A stretch of 64,000 nt of DNA from an uncultured virus (IMG/VR IMGVR_UViG_3300037067_000914) (lineage: Duplodnaviria > Heunggongvirae > Uroviricota > Caudoviricetes): IMG/VR virus record IMGVR_UViG_3300037067_000914; one strand, written 5' to 3'. A program made the translations under genes and the position numbers. Shown here in pieces: positions 28,499 to 38,480 of the stretch. The notes beneath the pieces were generated by a model, which saw nothing but the letters and a program-made list of their open reading frames with translations, was not told the origin of the DNA and did no database searches. Every line of letters starts with the position of its first letter. Position 1 is the stretch's first letter.

Positions 28499-28995
28499 TA
28501 GTCAACCACCAAGTATTCAAGGGCGATATGTTCGTCTGAAACAGCGGCACCGGCAGACGTAACCACCTGGGCTTTCAGGGTGGTGCAGTTGAGGCCCCCA
28601 TTGTCGTCCTTCAGCACCACACACTCACCGGCGTCAAGGATGGACAGGAACTCGTCCGAGGCCCCAATCGTAATCTTGACACTGTTAGTAGCCGCCGCAC
28701 CCAAGGCTGTAGCACTGGAGAACTTGTAGCCGCTGTGTTTCAGGAAGACGAACTTGGCGTCAGCATCCGCACCAACCGCAACAGCCGCGTCGTCTGTTAC
28801 CTCCAGGTAGTTCACGGTGGCATTCAGATAGCCCTGATTGGCCGCAGTGCCGTCGAATGCACCGACTGCCGCCGTACCGTCACCACCAAGAGACTTTCCT
28901 ACCTCGGATGCGATAACACAGTGAGTGGATGCGTTAGCATCCGTTAGTTCCTCAACAGGAGTAACACTAATCGCGTATCTTACTTCATTTGCCAT
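28498..28995 (-). CDS. virion structural protein
   Basis: RBS AGGAGG; Ala-rich; capsid-like codon bias. Confidence 0.6.
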   Translation of the reverse strand: MANEVRYAISVTPVEELTDANASTHCVIASEVGKSLGGDGTAAVGAFDGTAANQGYLNATVNYLEVTDDAAVAVGADADAKFVFLKHSGYKFSSATALGAAATNSVKITIGASDEFLSILDAGECVVLKDDNGGLNCTTLKAQVVTSAGAAVSDEHIALEYLVVD

Positions 28996-29004
28996 AATAT
29001 CCTC

Positions 29005-30048
29005 CTAGTCAACTACTAGAAATTCCACGGCGTTACCAACACCGCTAGATATGGTACTACCATCAGTTTCCACTGTCTCGATTGTAACGTCAGATGGGTT
29101 TAGACCGCCATTATCATCTTTGAACGATAGCGGTTCTCCAGACCCCAACGACCCTACAAACTCATCTCCTATACAAACAGATACTAGGTAATCAGTCTTT
29201 GCTCCTAGAGAATTGGTTCCACTGTAAGTACGACCAGTATTTGCAAGATAGATAAGATTAGCAGCAGACGCGGACGACAACATGTTACCACCATTAACTG
29301 CGGCCTCTTTGTAATGTGATTTCTTGTTTTCGTACCCATTAACATCTCCAGTTAATGCCATGTTTGTCAGGTTCGACAAGGACTTACCTGACAAGACAAC
29401 AACTATCTCACCCGCCCTTGTCGGTAACTTCTTACCACCAGAATCCTCTAAAAACTCCTTAGCTGTGCATGTGTGTTTTATCCTGACAAATCCTGCTGCC
29501 TTCTTGACAACAATGTAATCTTCTTTGACAACAACCGCGTACTCATTATTTACCGACCATACTTCTAGTTTTACATCATACGATCCGGGTATCATATAAG
29601 CATGCACTGGGTTTTGGAGTGAAGATGTTGATCCATCCCCAAAAGTCCACTTCCACGTCTTTAACTGTGGCCCATAGGTACAGTCTCTAAAAGAAGAGGA
29701 CTGCTCCTCGTATATAATTCGAGGAGTTCCTGAAAAGTCTGGGAAGTAACCAATGTCGATTACCTGACCCGTGTCTCCCGTTTCGTGCGGCCTCGCAAAA
29801 ACGTGCAGAACCACAGCCTTTCTTGAAATAAACAGCGGATCGAACAGGCATGGCTCCCCCTCCAGTAAACCGTGTGATATCTCCGATCCATCCGCACATA
29901 TTACGGCAGAAGCTGACGTATATTTTTTTAAGGATAACTCTACAGCTTTCGTGGACTCTATCCCCGTCGTAAACATGGGGGACAAATTGTCCGAGAGACA
30001 TGTTTCCCCAAGGGTTATATTCAGACCTATGTCGAATCCGGCAATCAT
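29005..30048 (-). CDS. PKD-domain virion protein whose C-terminal domain is paralogous to 28498-28995
   Basis: PKD signature WKWTFGDG...QNPVHAYMIPGSYDVKL; shared KDDNGGLN and E[FY]LVVD. Confidence 0.75.
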   Translation of the reverse strand: MIAGFDIGLNITLGETCLSDNLSPMFTTGIESTKAVELSLKKYTSASAVICADGSEISHGLLEGEPCLFDPLFISRKAVVLHVFARPHETGDTGQVIDIGYFPDFSGTPRIIYEEQSSSFRDCTYGPQLKTWKWTFGDGSTSSLQNPVHAYMIPGSYDVKLEVWSVNNEYAVVVKEDYIVVKKAAGFVRIKHTCTAKEFLEDSGGKKLPTRAGEIVVVLSGKSLSNLTNMALTGDVNGYENKKSHYKEAAVNGGNMLSSASAANLIYLANTGRTYSGTNSLGAKTDYLVSVCIGDEFVGSLGSGEPLSFKDDNGGLNPSDVTIETVETDGSTISSGVGNAVEFLVVD

Positions 30049-30054
30049 TCATCG

Positions 30055-31536
30055 TCACGTACTTTCCGTGTCCAGAAACAGCAGATCGACGCTGACCGAA
30101 CCATTCGCCGACAACTCATCCATTGTTGCAAGGAAAACATAGTCTTTCGCTCCAATCGTCAACCCGTCACTCCCCTTTACTCTTGACGCGCTGTATGCGG
30201 CATAGATATTTTTTATCTGTCCGTAACTTCTATTCATCCCGGTTGAAGGGAACGAGGCGGCATCGTTTGGTCTGAGCCATTCCCCGACAAGCGGTCGCAT
30301 TGCGGCCCTTCGGCTTAAATCATCCGGGTTCATCTGTTGCAGGGTATTTACCAGAACGTCAAATTTTGTCGCTGAAGTTATATAAACAGGGGCAACGATC
30401 TGGTAGTGCATCGCGTACCCGACCGCGCCTGAACAGTACGGTATCGCCTGATTAATCTCCACTGAACCACTCGATCCATACCCGGAGAAATTAAGCTGGA
30501 TTGCGCCCGGGTACCTGTCCGTTCCGAGGAAAACGAAACGATGCGCATACGCGGAGATAATTGCTCCGTTCCCCATATTGTCCGTAAGTGTCTGGATGGT
30601 CACTCGATCGTTATCCGTGTCAACCGACGTACAAAAAACGTAATTACAAACTTCAACTCCATTGAAATCCATTATGAAATAGTAGTTGTTCTGCGTGAAA
30701 TTGGCGGCCTCCCCGGAGTGAAGTTGTAGAACAACGGAGGAGCCCGCCGTAGCGGCCCCATCAAGAGTCCCGACAGAAGTTATGCCCTCCACGAGATTCG
30801 CGTCACCCTCAAAATCCAAAACCCCCGCATGAGACCAAGACGAACCGATTCTCGATGAAATGATAATCCCCTCCGTACCTCCACGGAAGTAGTAGTTAAA
30901 ATCGGAGTCGTCAAGAGTTACGACTACGCTCCCTCCGTAATATCCGTACCCTTTATGCGTTGTCTTGTCCCACCATAGACATGCCTGAACCTGAATATAT
31001 CCCGCCTGATTATCCTGCTTGGTGAAAATAAGATATTTCGGAGGTAACCCCGAAAGCCCCGTGTTCACATCGTTCCAATTTGGACTCGCAACATCGGTAA
31101 CAACGATAAATGGATTATTGGGGGTAACGGTGTGAGTCCCGGAACCGGCGGACGTTATATTTATCGCTATTCCCTTTACCGCATTTACCGTAGACGAGGC
31201 GACCTTGAATACTGTGTCCGATACAATAATCGCATAGTACTGCGTTCCGGAGGTTAATCCACCCGGGACGGTATTGGTCGAAGTGAACACGATCCCTTTC
31301 ATATGGCTGAGGCCGTGACCCCCGGATATGGTAATGGTTTCATCACCCGTAGAAACATCACTCGTCTCAAACGTTTTCGCAACGCACGCAGTAAGATCGT
31401 CATGCAATGTCCATCCCGGCCCACCGGCGGCAGGGGCCTTTACGACCCATGCCGCTAATTTTGCCAAGAAGCCCGTTGCATCAGTATCGGCAAAACCTCG
31501 CCCGTGCGCTACATCGGATTCAACTTGCCAAGGCAT
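30055..31536 (-). CDS. tail fibre/appendage protein
   Basis: HGL...PGGLTSGTQYY...FKVASS...INITSAGSGTH module typical of phage tail proteins. Confidence 0.6.
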   Translation of the reverse strand: MPWQVESDVAHGRGFADTDATGFLAKLAAWVVKAPAAGGPGWTLHDDLTACVAKTFETSDVSTGDETITISGGHGLSHMKGIVFTSTNTVPGGLTSGTQYYAIIVSDTVFKVASSTVNAVKGIAINITSAGSGTHTVTPNNPFIVVTDVASPNWNDVNTGLSGLPPKYLIFTKQDNQAGYIQVQACLWWDKTTHKGYGYYGGSVVVTLDDSDFNYYFRGGTEGIIISSRIGSSWSHAGVLDFEGDANLVEGITSVGTLDGAATAGSSVVLQLHSGEAANFTQNNYYFIMDFNGVEVCNYVFCTSVDTDNDRVTIQTLTDNMGNGAIISAYAHRFVFLGTDRYPGAIQLNFSGYGSSGSVEINQAIPYCSGAVGYAMHYQIVAPVYITSATKFDVLVNTLQQMNPDDLSRRAAMRPLVGEWLRPNDAASFPSTGMNRSYGQIKNIYAAYSASRVKGSDGLTIGAKDYVFLATMDELSANGSVSVDLLFLDTEST

Positions 31537-31554
31537 AATTTCCTCCAGTAGTTA

Positions 31555-33474
31555 CTAAGCCACGCCATCTTGCCCACTCCTTCTAGTGTTGCTATTATCT
31601 ACCATAAAGAACGAGTTATACTGCTGGCCCAACTTAGCATATTGAGATTCTAACCACGTGTATTCTAGCTGGCGCTTGTTCAACGCCGCAGTAAAGTTTT
31701 GAATAGCCGCAGTAGATTCCGCCTGAAAAATACCAACCTCAGCAGAGAATACTGCCAGCACCCGCTTGTTAGCCTCGTCCGTACTTTGCAGTTCGTGCGC
31801 ATAAATATTTAACTGAGCATTGATCTTGGCTATGGCAGCCTCGACATCTGCCTTGTACCTCGCTACCTCGGCTTCTACCTGCGCGCGATAAACCGCAACG
31901 TCTAACCCAGTCTCCCTCTCGTACGTCGCTAGCGCTTGGTCGATCTGTTTAGACCAAACCTGCAGCTCGGCGTTAAATTCCTGAGAGTTATTCTGTAGCT
32001 GGTTAGCATATCTATTAAGCTCACTAGTAGAACCAACCTGGTAAGTCTGCAACACCTTCTGTACAGTAGCTTGATACTCAGTCGTGCTAGCCGCCAGATC
32101 GTTGGCCGCATTCTGAATATCGCTTTGGAACTTGTTAATCTCAGAAGTTCTGGCTGCTATCCACTTACCCTGCAAACCCTGCAACTGTTCCAATTGCCAC
32201 TTCTGTAGCGCCCCGGTCAACTCTGCTTGGTATGCGTCTAACGCCGACTTATTGTTGATCGAAGCAACATTAACGCGGCTTACATACGCCTGGACCTGAG
32301 CCTGATAACTCTCAAGACGCAGTCTAGCCTCTAGCCCCTCTCCCTCGTTACCATGACGTAGTTGCTCTATTTGCCTCTGTAGATCAGCTTGGTACCTTAC
32401 ATTATCTTCGTTGAACTTCGCAGCCGCATTTTGCATATCGGCCTGGTATTGGGCGACGGCGGCAGATACCTGTTGTAACTTAACCTGAGCCAGTTCAATG
32501 TCATGGTTAGTGTCTAGGTGTGTAGTAGACACTGTCATAGCAGTAGAGTACAAATCGTTGACAGGCGCTGTATATACAGGAGCAGCACCTAGTGTAATTG
32601 TTCCGTGAGCAAATGACAGCACAGCATCAGGTGGGGCATCAGGAGCCTCGGAATCAGTAACTTCTTCTAGTACTGGAGGAGGTGGGACAACCAGCTCTGT
32701 CAAGGCAGCTACACTGGTCATGGTTAACTCTGGAGCTGAATACGTAGGAGCTGTACCTAAGTCTCCCATAGACGGCAGAGAAATGGTACTAGGCTCTACG
32801 AACACTGGTATAGACCCTACATCTGAGAAGTCTACGTCTGTAGACACAGGCGCTGTTGGAAGCACAAAGCCAGTGGGTTCGGTGTAAGTAGGGAGAGCCG
32901 TAGCCACAGAAGTAAACGTTCCCACTACTGGCGGAACTGGTAGAGTCACATCCGCAGGAGCGGTTGTATCTCTCATTTTATCCACAATGTTCTGCATTGA
33001 CGCGTACAAAACTACGGCGTAGTTGTATTCATCCGGGAATCTGGGGATGTTGGTGTCTGTGTATAGAACGTTGTGTAGTGGTACATAAGACGCGTACGCA
33101 CTGGTAGAACTAATTGGAGCCACGTATAAGTGGTTGTTTTTTATGTAGTAAGCTGGGTTTCTGATAGTAGCCTTATGTATACTATCAGGTTGATACACCT
33201 TCCAACTCATACTCTCAGGAACTTCATACGCTGGGTAGGACCCCCTAGTCACTGATACAATATGTATAGAATTAGACAGGTCCAAACCGTTTGTAGCACT
33301 AACCCTGATAGGAGACGCCATGCGTGGTAGATCGGCTTTCTTTATGGAAATAAGCTTTCTAGTAACGTCTGTCGCACCATCAGTGAGCCAGATGTTTAGA
33401 TTGGGCGTACTAGAAACAGTACCAGATATAGCTTCAACTTGTGTCTGAAACGTAGCCACTATATACCTCTCCAC
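31555..33474 (-). CDS. head-tail connector-like protein with Pro-rich linker and long coiled coil
   Basis: NPAYY...LYVAP...FPDEYNYAVVLYA N-terminal domain; Gln/Ala heptads. Confidence 0.55.
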   Translation of the reverse strand: MERYIVATFQTQVEAISGTVSSTPNLNIWLTDGATDVTRKLISIKKADLPRMASPIRVSATNGLDLSNSIHIVSVTRGSYPAYEVPESMSWKVYQPDSIHKATIRNPAYYIKNNHLYVAPISSTSAYASYVPLHNVLYTDTNIPRFPDEYNYAVVLYASMQNIVDKMRDTTAPADVTLPVPPVVGTFTSVATALPTYTEPTGFVLPTAPVSTDVDFSDVGSIPVFVEPSTISLPSMGDLGTAPTYSAPELTMTSVAALTELVVPPPPVLEEVTDSEAPDAPPDAVLSFAHGTITLGAAPVYTAPVNDLYSTAMTVSTTHLDTNHDIELAQVKLQQVSAAVAQYQADMQNAAAKFNEDNVRYQADLQRQIEQLRHGNEGEGLEARLRLESYQAQVQAYVSRVNVASINNKSALDAYQAELTGALQKWQLEQLQGLQGKWIAARTSEINKFQSDIQNAANDLAASTTEYQATVQKVLQTYQVGSTSELNRYANQLQNNSQEFNAELQVWSKQIDQALATYERETGLDVAVYRAQVEAEVARYKADVEAAIAKINAQLNIYAHELQSTDEANKRVLAVFSAEVGIFQAESTAAIQNFTAALNKRQLEYTWLESQYAKLGQQYNSFFMVDNSNTRRSGQDGVA

Positions 33475-33483
33475 CTAATCATG

Positions 33484-34260
33484 CTACACCTCCAGCCAAC
33501 TATCGTCGTTACAAATCCAAGACTGAACCTGTTTAGACACTTCAACGGCTGGTAGACTTTTACCTATACGAAAGGCTTCGTTGTTAATGGCAGTAACAAC
33601 GTCTTCCAAGGTATTCCACTTGATTGCTGATGGAGTCTGGCCATTCCACACAGACCTCCGTCCCATCAGACCCATCTCTTGTACCGACGCTGCAATGCCA
33701 TCAAAATCACGTAGCCTGATACCGATGAAGCACTGCTCGTACATCTTTTTCAACTCTTCGGGCGTATAGTGCTTACAACTATCGGTCAGTAACATCTCAA
33801 AGTCTATATTCTTTGCAACCTCTTTAGCCAGCGACCTACCGTAAACTTCGTTAGGAGCATAACAATACACCTTGTTACCCAACGCGGCAGGGGGAGCATT
33901 GGGGTTTACCCACCGCTCAGGGATTGTCATTGGCAAAGGGGTATAGAACGGATCAACTCCAATCGACTTCAACACATGGTCGATGTAACACGACGTAGAT
34001 ATATGCTTTACTTTATCGACTAAGCTAACTGTCTTGACTACATCCAGCTTTTGGGCATCTGCTCCAAACCATAAAATTATTCTCTTGCCCTGATGATTAA
34101 AGAATCTCGCTAAATCCTCTGTTCTATATATACCTAGGAATACACACGGCGCGGTTGGATCGTACCCAGTTTCATTGACACAGGTGAGACCAAACCGACC
34201 ATCGTATACAGGTCGAAAGAACTTCACTGACTCAGAGAGAAAACACTGGGTGGCTTTCAT
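33484..34260 (-). CDS. glycosyltransferase-like protein (GT-B)
   Basis: WFGAD; YEQCFIGIRL...DGIAASVQEMGLMGRRSV. Confidence 0.6.
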   Translation of the reverse strand: MKATQCFLSESVKFFRPVYDGRFGLTCVNETGYDPTAPCVFLGIYRTEDLARFFNHQGKRIILWFGADAQKLDVVKTVSLVDKVKHISTSCYIDHVLKSIGVDPFYTPLPMTIPERWVNPNAPPAALGNKVYCYAPNEVYGRSLAKEVAKNIDFEMLLTDSCKHYTPEELKKMYEQCFIGIRLRDFDGIAASVQEMGLMGRRSVWNGQTPSAIKWNTLEDVVTAINNEAFRIGKSLPAVEVSKQVQSWICNDDSWLEV

Positions 34261-35303
34261 AGAAGTCCCTCGTACAAATCAGTCAGTGACGATATATACT
34301 TTTCCATACACAGTTCGTGCCGTACTCGCCAAAGGTTAGCCCTCTTTTCCACATGCTCCCCCCAGCGCGCTATCAATTCATCAGCTGAATTGACCACTAT
34401 GCCAATGTTCAAATCAGTAACGATCTTTGCAGCTTCAGTGCAGTTAAACACAACACTTGGGGTACCAGCAGCTGCAGCGTCAAAGAACTTGTTAGGTAGC
34501 GCAAAATTCCACACATAGGACTTGTTGGGATTTCCAACTAGGTTCCATGTATGTGATGGAAGTCTATCTAACAATTGGTCATGTGTCAGCTTCCCCAGTA
34601 ACGCCCCAGTAGCAGCATACGCAGCGTCTAGAGGATTGCTTGGGTCCAAAGTAAACGACGGGCAGTAGGCATACACCCGCTTTTTACCATTTAGGTCATT
34701 GTATAGACTCCTAAAGTCTCTCCAGTGGTCCCCGTCTGTACCAATACCAAGTGCTGTAATTGCGTGTCCACCCTGGGATACAAGGCCCCCCATAAATGGT
34801 ACCTCCATGTACCTATAGAACGTTTGTGGGCTAGCTGGGGGCAGAACCGCAATAGGCTTGTTGGTCCTTGTGCGAAGTTCTTCAAAGCACGGAGTTGACG
34901 GTACTACGAACGCATCCGCCAATTCTACCGCTGAATTCTCACTATACCATGAAGCATTCTCTAATAGTTGTGGCTTAGTCTCACTGACATCCATACGCCA
35001 GTAGTTGGAATCGTGGTAATCCATGATAATTTTAGCAGAATCACCAAGGACCCGTCTCATTAGCAACACCGGCCAATTAGGTTCGTTATGATACTGCCAA
35101 ATTCCAATGGATGATTTGGTGAGACTTAGCGCCTGTTCCAATTGGTAAGGGCTGCTGTAGTAGTGGACAGAGGAAAAAGAACTAACGCTTGATAGTGTTC
35201 TAGAAAACAAATGCACATTGTAGCCAAGCTGTCGTAGGACAGTCGCTTCCTTGACCACTCTAACACAACAATGATCTGTTACAAATCCAATCTCAGGTTT
35301 CAT
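34257..35303 (-). CDS. glycosyltransferase (GT4-like)
   Basis: RVVKEA..L...GYNVH, IIMDYHD, ALPNKFFDAAAAGTPSVV. Confidence 0.75.
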   Translation of the reverse strand: MKPEIGFVTDHCCVRVVKEATVLRQLGYNVHLFSRTLSSVSSFSSVHYYSSPYQLEQALSLTKSSIGIWQYHNEPNWPVLLMRRVLGDSAKIIMDYHDSNYWRMDVSETKPQLLENASWYSENSAVELADAFVVPSTPCFEELRTRTNKPIAVLPPASPQTFYRYMEVPFMGGLVSQGGHAITALGIGTDGDHWRDFRSLYNDLNGKKRVYAYCPSFTLDPSNPLDAAYAATGALLGKLTHDQLLDRLPSHTWNLVGNPNKSYVWNFALPNKFFDAAAAGTPSVVFNCTEAAKIVTDLNIGIVVNSADELIARWGEHVEKRANLWRVRHELCMEKYISSLTDLYEGLL

Positions 35304-35337
35304 CTTCACTCCCCAGTAAAGGTTCCCCATAGGTGAT

Positions 35338-35371
35338 TTAAAGAGTAGGAGGGGGTTTAAGGCCCCCTCCT
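35338..35371 (-). terminator. intrinsic terminator after the capsid genes
   Basis: 9-bp GC-rich stem AGGAGGGGG/CCCCCTCCT with a short U-rich tail on the - strand. Confidence 0.6.
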
Positions 35372-35389
35372 GGCTCCCTTACGAACAAC

Positions 35390-35848
35390 TTACGCCAGAC
35401 GAGAATCCATCGTGTACCACACCAGAACTTGAACGGTTCCAGTAGTGGCAGTGGCGTTGACCAGAACGTCGATGGTATCAGCCGCAGCATAATACCGACC
35501 AGACGCCTCACCTGTAGTGCCAGGCGCGACGCCCACATCCACAGGAGAAGTGATCGAGTCATACTTCGTCATGGTTGTGATGCCGTCGAAGTAACGGTCT
35601 GTATTATCACCGTCACCCACATCGAAGTCAGACGATGCAACAGCCGACTTCGCCAGCACGTCAACCCGGTAAACGTACGCTCCAGCGGGGACCGACACAG
35701 CAACTACCGCACCACCACCAGAAGGTGTAGCGGTAACACTAATCTCGTCCGACACTAGAGGACAATCTACCATTGCTTTTAGCTTGTCCGTGTTAACCTG
35801 ATTGGCAACACGTCCTCGCCCCAGATAATCGAAACCGGTACCAGCCAT
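35390..35848 (-). CDS. capsid decoration/cement-like protein
   Basis: Directly after MCP; FDVGD...DRYF and YYAAADTIDV. Confidence 0.6.
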   Translation of the reverse strand: MAGTGFDYLGRGRVANQVNTDKLKAMVDCPLVSDEISVTATPSGGGAVVAVSVPAGAYVYRVDVLAKSAVASSDFDVGDGDNTDRYFDGITTMTKYDSITSPVDVGVAPGTTGEASGRYYAAADTIDVLVNATATTGTVQVLVWYTMDSRLA

Positions 35849-35866
35849 GTGTGTTCCTCCTTCTCT

Positions 35867-37417
35867 TTAGAGCCAAACCGCGTGGGCTTCGCCGCAAGTG
35901 ATCTCGACGCCCGCTTCGGTACGGATGAGGTCCACAGTCGCGTCGATACCAGTGGTCTCTTCGGACTGCACGCCAAGCAGAATCTTCGTGTCGCGGTTCT
36001 TGCCGTTTCCAACCAGAGGCCGGTAAGCAATCTTGCTCAGATTGACGCCCAGCATCTTGATCGGAGACCCGTCAAGGTGGATATCACGCATCACGTTCAT
36101 CGTGCCATACTGAGTGGCAAACGTGCTCAGCTCGGAACCAACCAGAGACTTGGAACCAGCGAAGTCGAACCCAGCCAGCGCAGGATACGTGGCCGCGAAT
36201 CCACCAGCCGCCATCTTAAGGTTGGTAAGAGCGAAACCGCCCAGTTTGTGCATATAGTTGTACCAGTACGTCGGCATGAGGAAGATCATCTGGCTCATGT
36301 TATTATACCGAGGATCGGTAAGAATAGACATCTGATCCAGAATATCGTCCTTGGTCGTGGATGTGCTGAACGAGAAGACGTTCGCGTTCGACAGAATCCA
36401 GTCCACAATGCCCTGGGTATGACGAGCACCATCCGTGTCCGTACGAAGCGTGGACCAATAGATGGCGTCAGCAATGTCCCAAGCGTGCTGGGTTAGTTTG
36501 TCTGCCCAGATTCGGGCCTTTTCATTCTGGTACACCTTCAGCTCGGTGGCCTCGGCGGTACCGGTCCAGAAACACGCCGTCTTCCAGATTTGTGTCTGGG
36601 AGTAGGTCGTGCTCAGTGGGGTGTCCTTGAAGGTGTCGGGATACCCAGAGCCTTCCAGGAACGCGCTACCCACGACATAGGAACGAATGTGCTCCTGAGG
36701 AACCAGTGTCGAGGAAGCGAAGGTACCAACGCCACGGGTGTACGTGGTTGTGATCGGGGTGCTGGTTGCAGAGAACGAACACAGGTAGTAGTTGGTGCTG
36801 GTCTTCAGAGGCCGAACAACTTCACCACCAATGTACGCGTAGTTACCAGAGGTCTGCACGTCCAGAATCTTCAGAAGGAAGTAGTCATCACACGTATAGC
36901 CAGCGTTAGCAGACTTTGTGTTGATCTTAACTACTTGATTCTTTAGGAAGAAAATAGGAGCAGTACCAGAATCGCCAACCGAGATAGCATTGGTGGACTG
37001 CCCAAACACGTTCTGGATATTACCAGCAGACTTATAATCGCAGCCCATCTGCAGCGCGATATAGGAGCCAGCAGTTTCCGCACCTAGGCCAGTGATGCTA
37101 CCAGTGGTAGCATACCCAGTCACGGGGGCACTGCCAGACCCGCTCCATGCACGATGCCCGACAGCGATACCATACCGCTTATGGACCATGGAACGTTCCT
37201 GCATCACCTTGAAAATGGGGTCATTCGTGGACACTTTGCGGAGCTTCGAGAGAACCCGAAAGAGAGAATCCCGATTAACCACAAGGTCCGAAATCCGATC
37301 ACCTAGGGCAAACGAGCGCCGTAGATCACCGGTGTTAATAGTAACGCCTCCGACCGAGGTAGATACATTATTATCTGCCTGGTAAAGATCAGCGGAGACA
37401 TATGGGCTATCAGCCAT
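35867..37417 (-). CDS. major capsid protein (SU10/DUF5309-like)
   Basis: Follows scaffold; TQIWKT, HTQGIV, EAGVEITCGEAHA; strong codon bias. Confidence 0.85.
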   Translation of the reverse strand: MADSPYVSADLYQADNNVSTSVGGVTINTGDLRRSFALGDRISDLVVNRDSLFRVLSKLRKVSTNDPIFKVMQERSMVHKRYGIAVGHRAWSGSGSAPVTGYATTGSITGLGAETAGSYIALQMGCDYKSAGNIQNVFGQSTNAISVGDSGTAPIFFLKNQVVKINTKSANAGYTCDDYFLLKILDVQTSGNYAYIGGEVVRPLKTSTNYYLCSFSATSTPITTTYTRGVGTFASSTLVPQEHIRSYVVGSAFLEGSGYPDTFKDTPLSTTYSQTQIWKTACFWTGTAEATELKVYQNEKARIWADKLTQHAWDIADAIYWSTLRTDTDGARHTQGIVDWILSNANVFSFSTSTTKDDILDQMSILTDPRYNNMSQMIFLMPTYWYNYMHKLGGFALTNLKMAAGGFAATYPALAGFDFAGSKSLVGSELSTFATQYGTMNVMRDIHLDGSPIKMLGVNLSKIAYRPLVGNGKNRDTKILLGVQSEETTGIDATVDLIRTEAGVEITCGEAHAVWL

Positions 37418-37463
37418 GTCTATCCTCCTGCCGCTTCAGACGACCTGGAGTATCTTATTCAGA

Positions 37464-38357
37464 TTACCCCACCCGTAAGGGCGCGGCTCCTTTGATCAAA
37501 TTAAAGAAGTCATTGTCAGGGTTAGACTCGGCAGAACCACTACTCTTACTTGCCAGGGTTGTCGGAGAATCGGCAGCGCGTTTAAGTTGCGCAATGATGT
37601 CTCCCACATCCCCTCCAGAATTAGAAGTGTGCTTGGATGCTTTATCCATTCGGTAAAGCGCTACGATCTGATCGGGTGTGAGTTGAGTTTGTTTAGACCA
37701 CTCGAACGCTTCTCTTACCTCGTTCGCCGGAATTCTGGGGTTACGAGTTGTGAAATCACGCACAAGTGCCTCTTCTCTACCGATGTTTTCCGTAGCTTCC
37801 AAACGCTTCTTAATCGGGGCTAGCCTCTTCTCAACCTCCGCGTTTATCCTGGATTCGACTACTGATGTCGCAATCCGGGCGTCGTGCGCGAGTTTGACTC
37901 TCCCTGACGGAGAGTGTGGGTTGGCTATTGCCTCTGCCTCGTCATATTCATCCCAACTACTCAGTCCATATTCCCTCGGATCAATAGGTCTCACATCGGC
38001 GCGTACTTCAGGGGGAGCACTTCTAGGATCGCCAACCCCGCCTCCGCCAGCAAAACTGGAGGCATCGGGTGTGTTCCCTTGCGCTTTCCCGTACGCAAGC
38101 TGGTGTTCGACAAACCTTGGGTCAGTTTCGAGCAGATTGTAGAACGGTTCGTACTTCTTGTACTTCTCCGCCAGCGCAGCCTGCTCTTTTAACTGCTTGT
38201 TCTCTTCCGCCAGTCTCTTGCCCTCCTTAGAAGACGCCGAATAGTCACGTTCAATAGCTGCTAGCCGGGCTTCGAGAGGTTCTTTTACTGGGTCCTTAAT
38301 CAGTCCTTCCAGACTGTTGACGGGGGAGTCAACCTTGCCGTCTTGATTCTCTGCCAT
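37464..38357 (-). CDS. capsid scaffolding protein
   Basis: Charged helical protein between portal and MCP; DYSASSKEGKRL. Confidence 0.7.
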   Translation of the reverse strand: MAENQDGKVDSPVNSLEGLIKDPVKEPLEARLAAIERDYSASSKEGKRLAEENKQLKEQAALAEKYKKYEPFYNLLETDPRFVEHQLAYGKAQGNTPDASSFAGGGGVGDPRSAPPEVRADVRPIDPREYGLSSWDEYDEAEAIANPHSPSGRVKLAHDARIATSVVESRINAEVEKRLAPIKKRLEATENIGREEALVRDFTTRNPRIPANEVREAFEWSKQTQLTPDQIVALYRMDKASKHTSNSGGDVGDIIAQLKRAADSPTTLASKSSGSAESNPDNDFFNLIKGAAPLRVG

Positions 38358-38480
38358 TTTTCCTCCTTGGGCTTATAGCGTGTCTTGCATCAGTACATCT
38401 GATGGGACTACTAGACCCGTGGTTAACTTACTAATTTTGTGAAACAAAGTCAACTACTTATTTTTCTTAGCTTTGCTGTC

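Noticed and set aside
35849..36946. Long + strand ORFs opposite the capsid gene
   Set aside because: These are antisense shadows caused by the capsid gene's codon bias; there is no RBS or motif. The same applies to the other antisense ORFs in the track.
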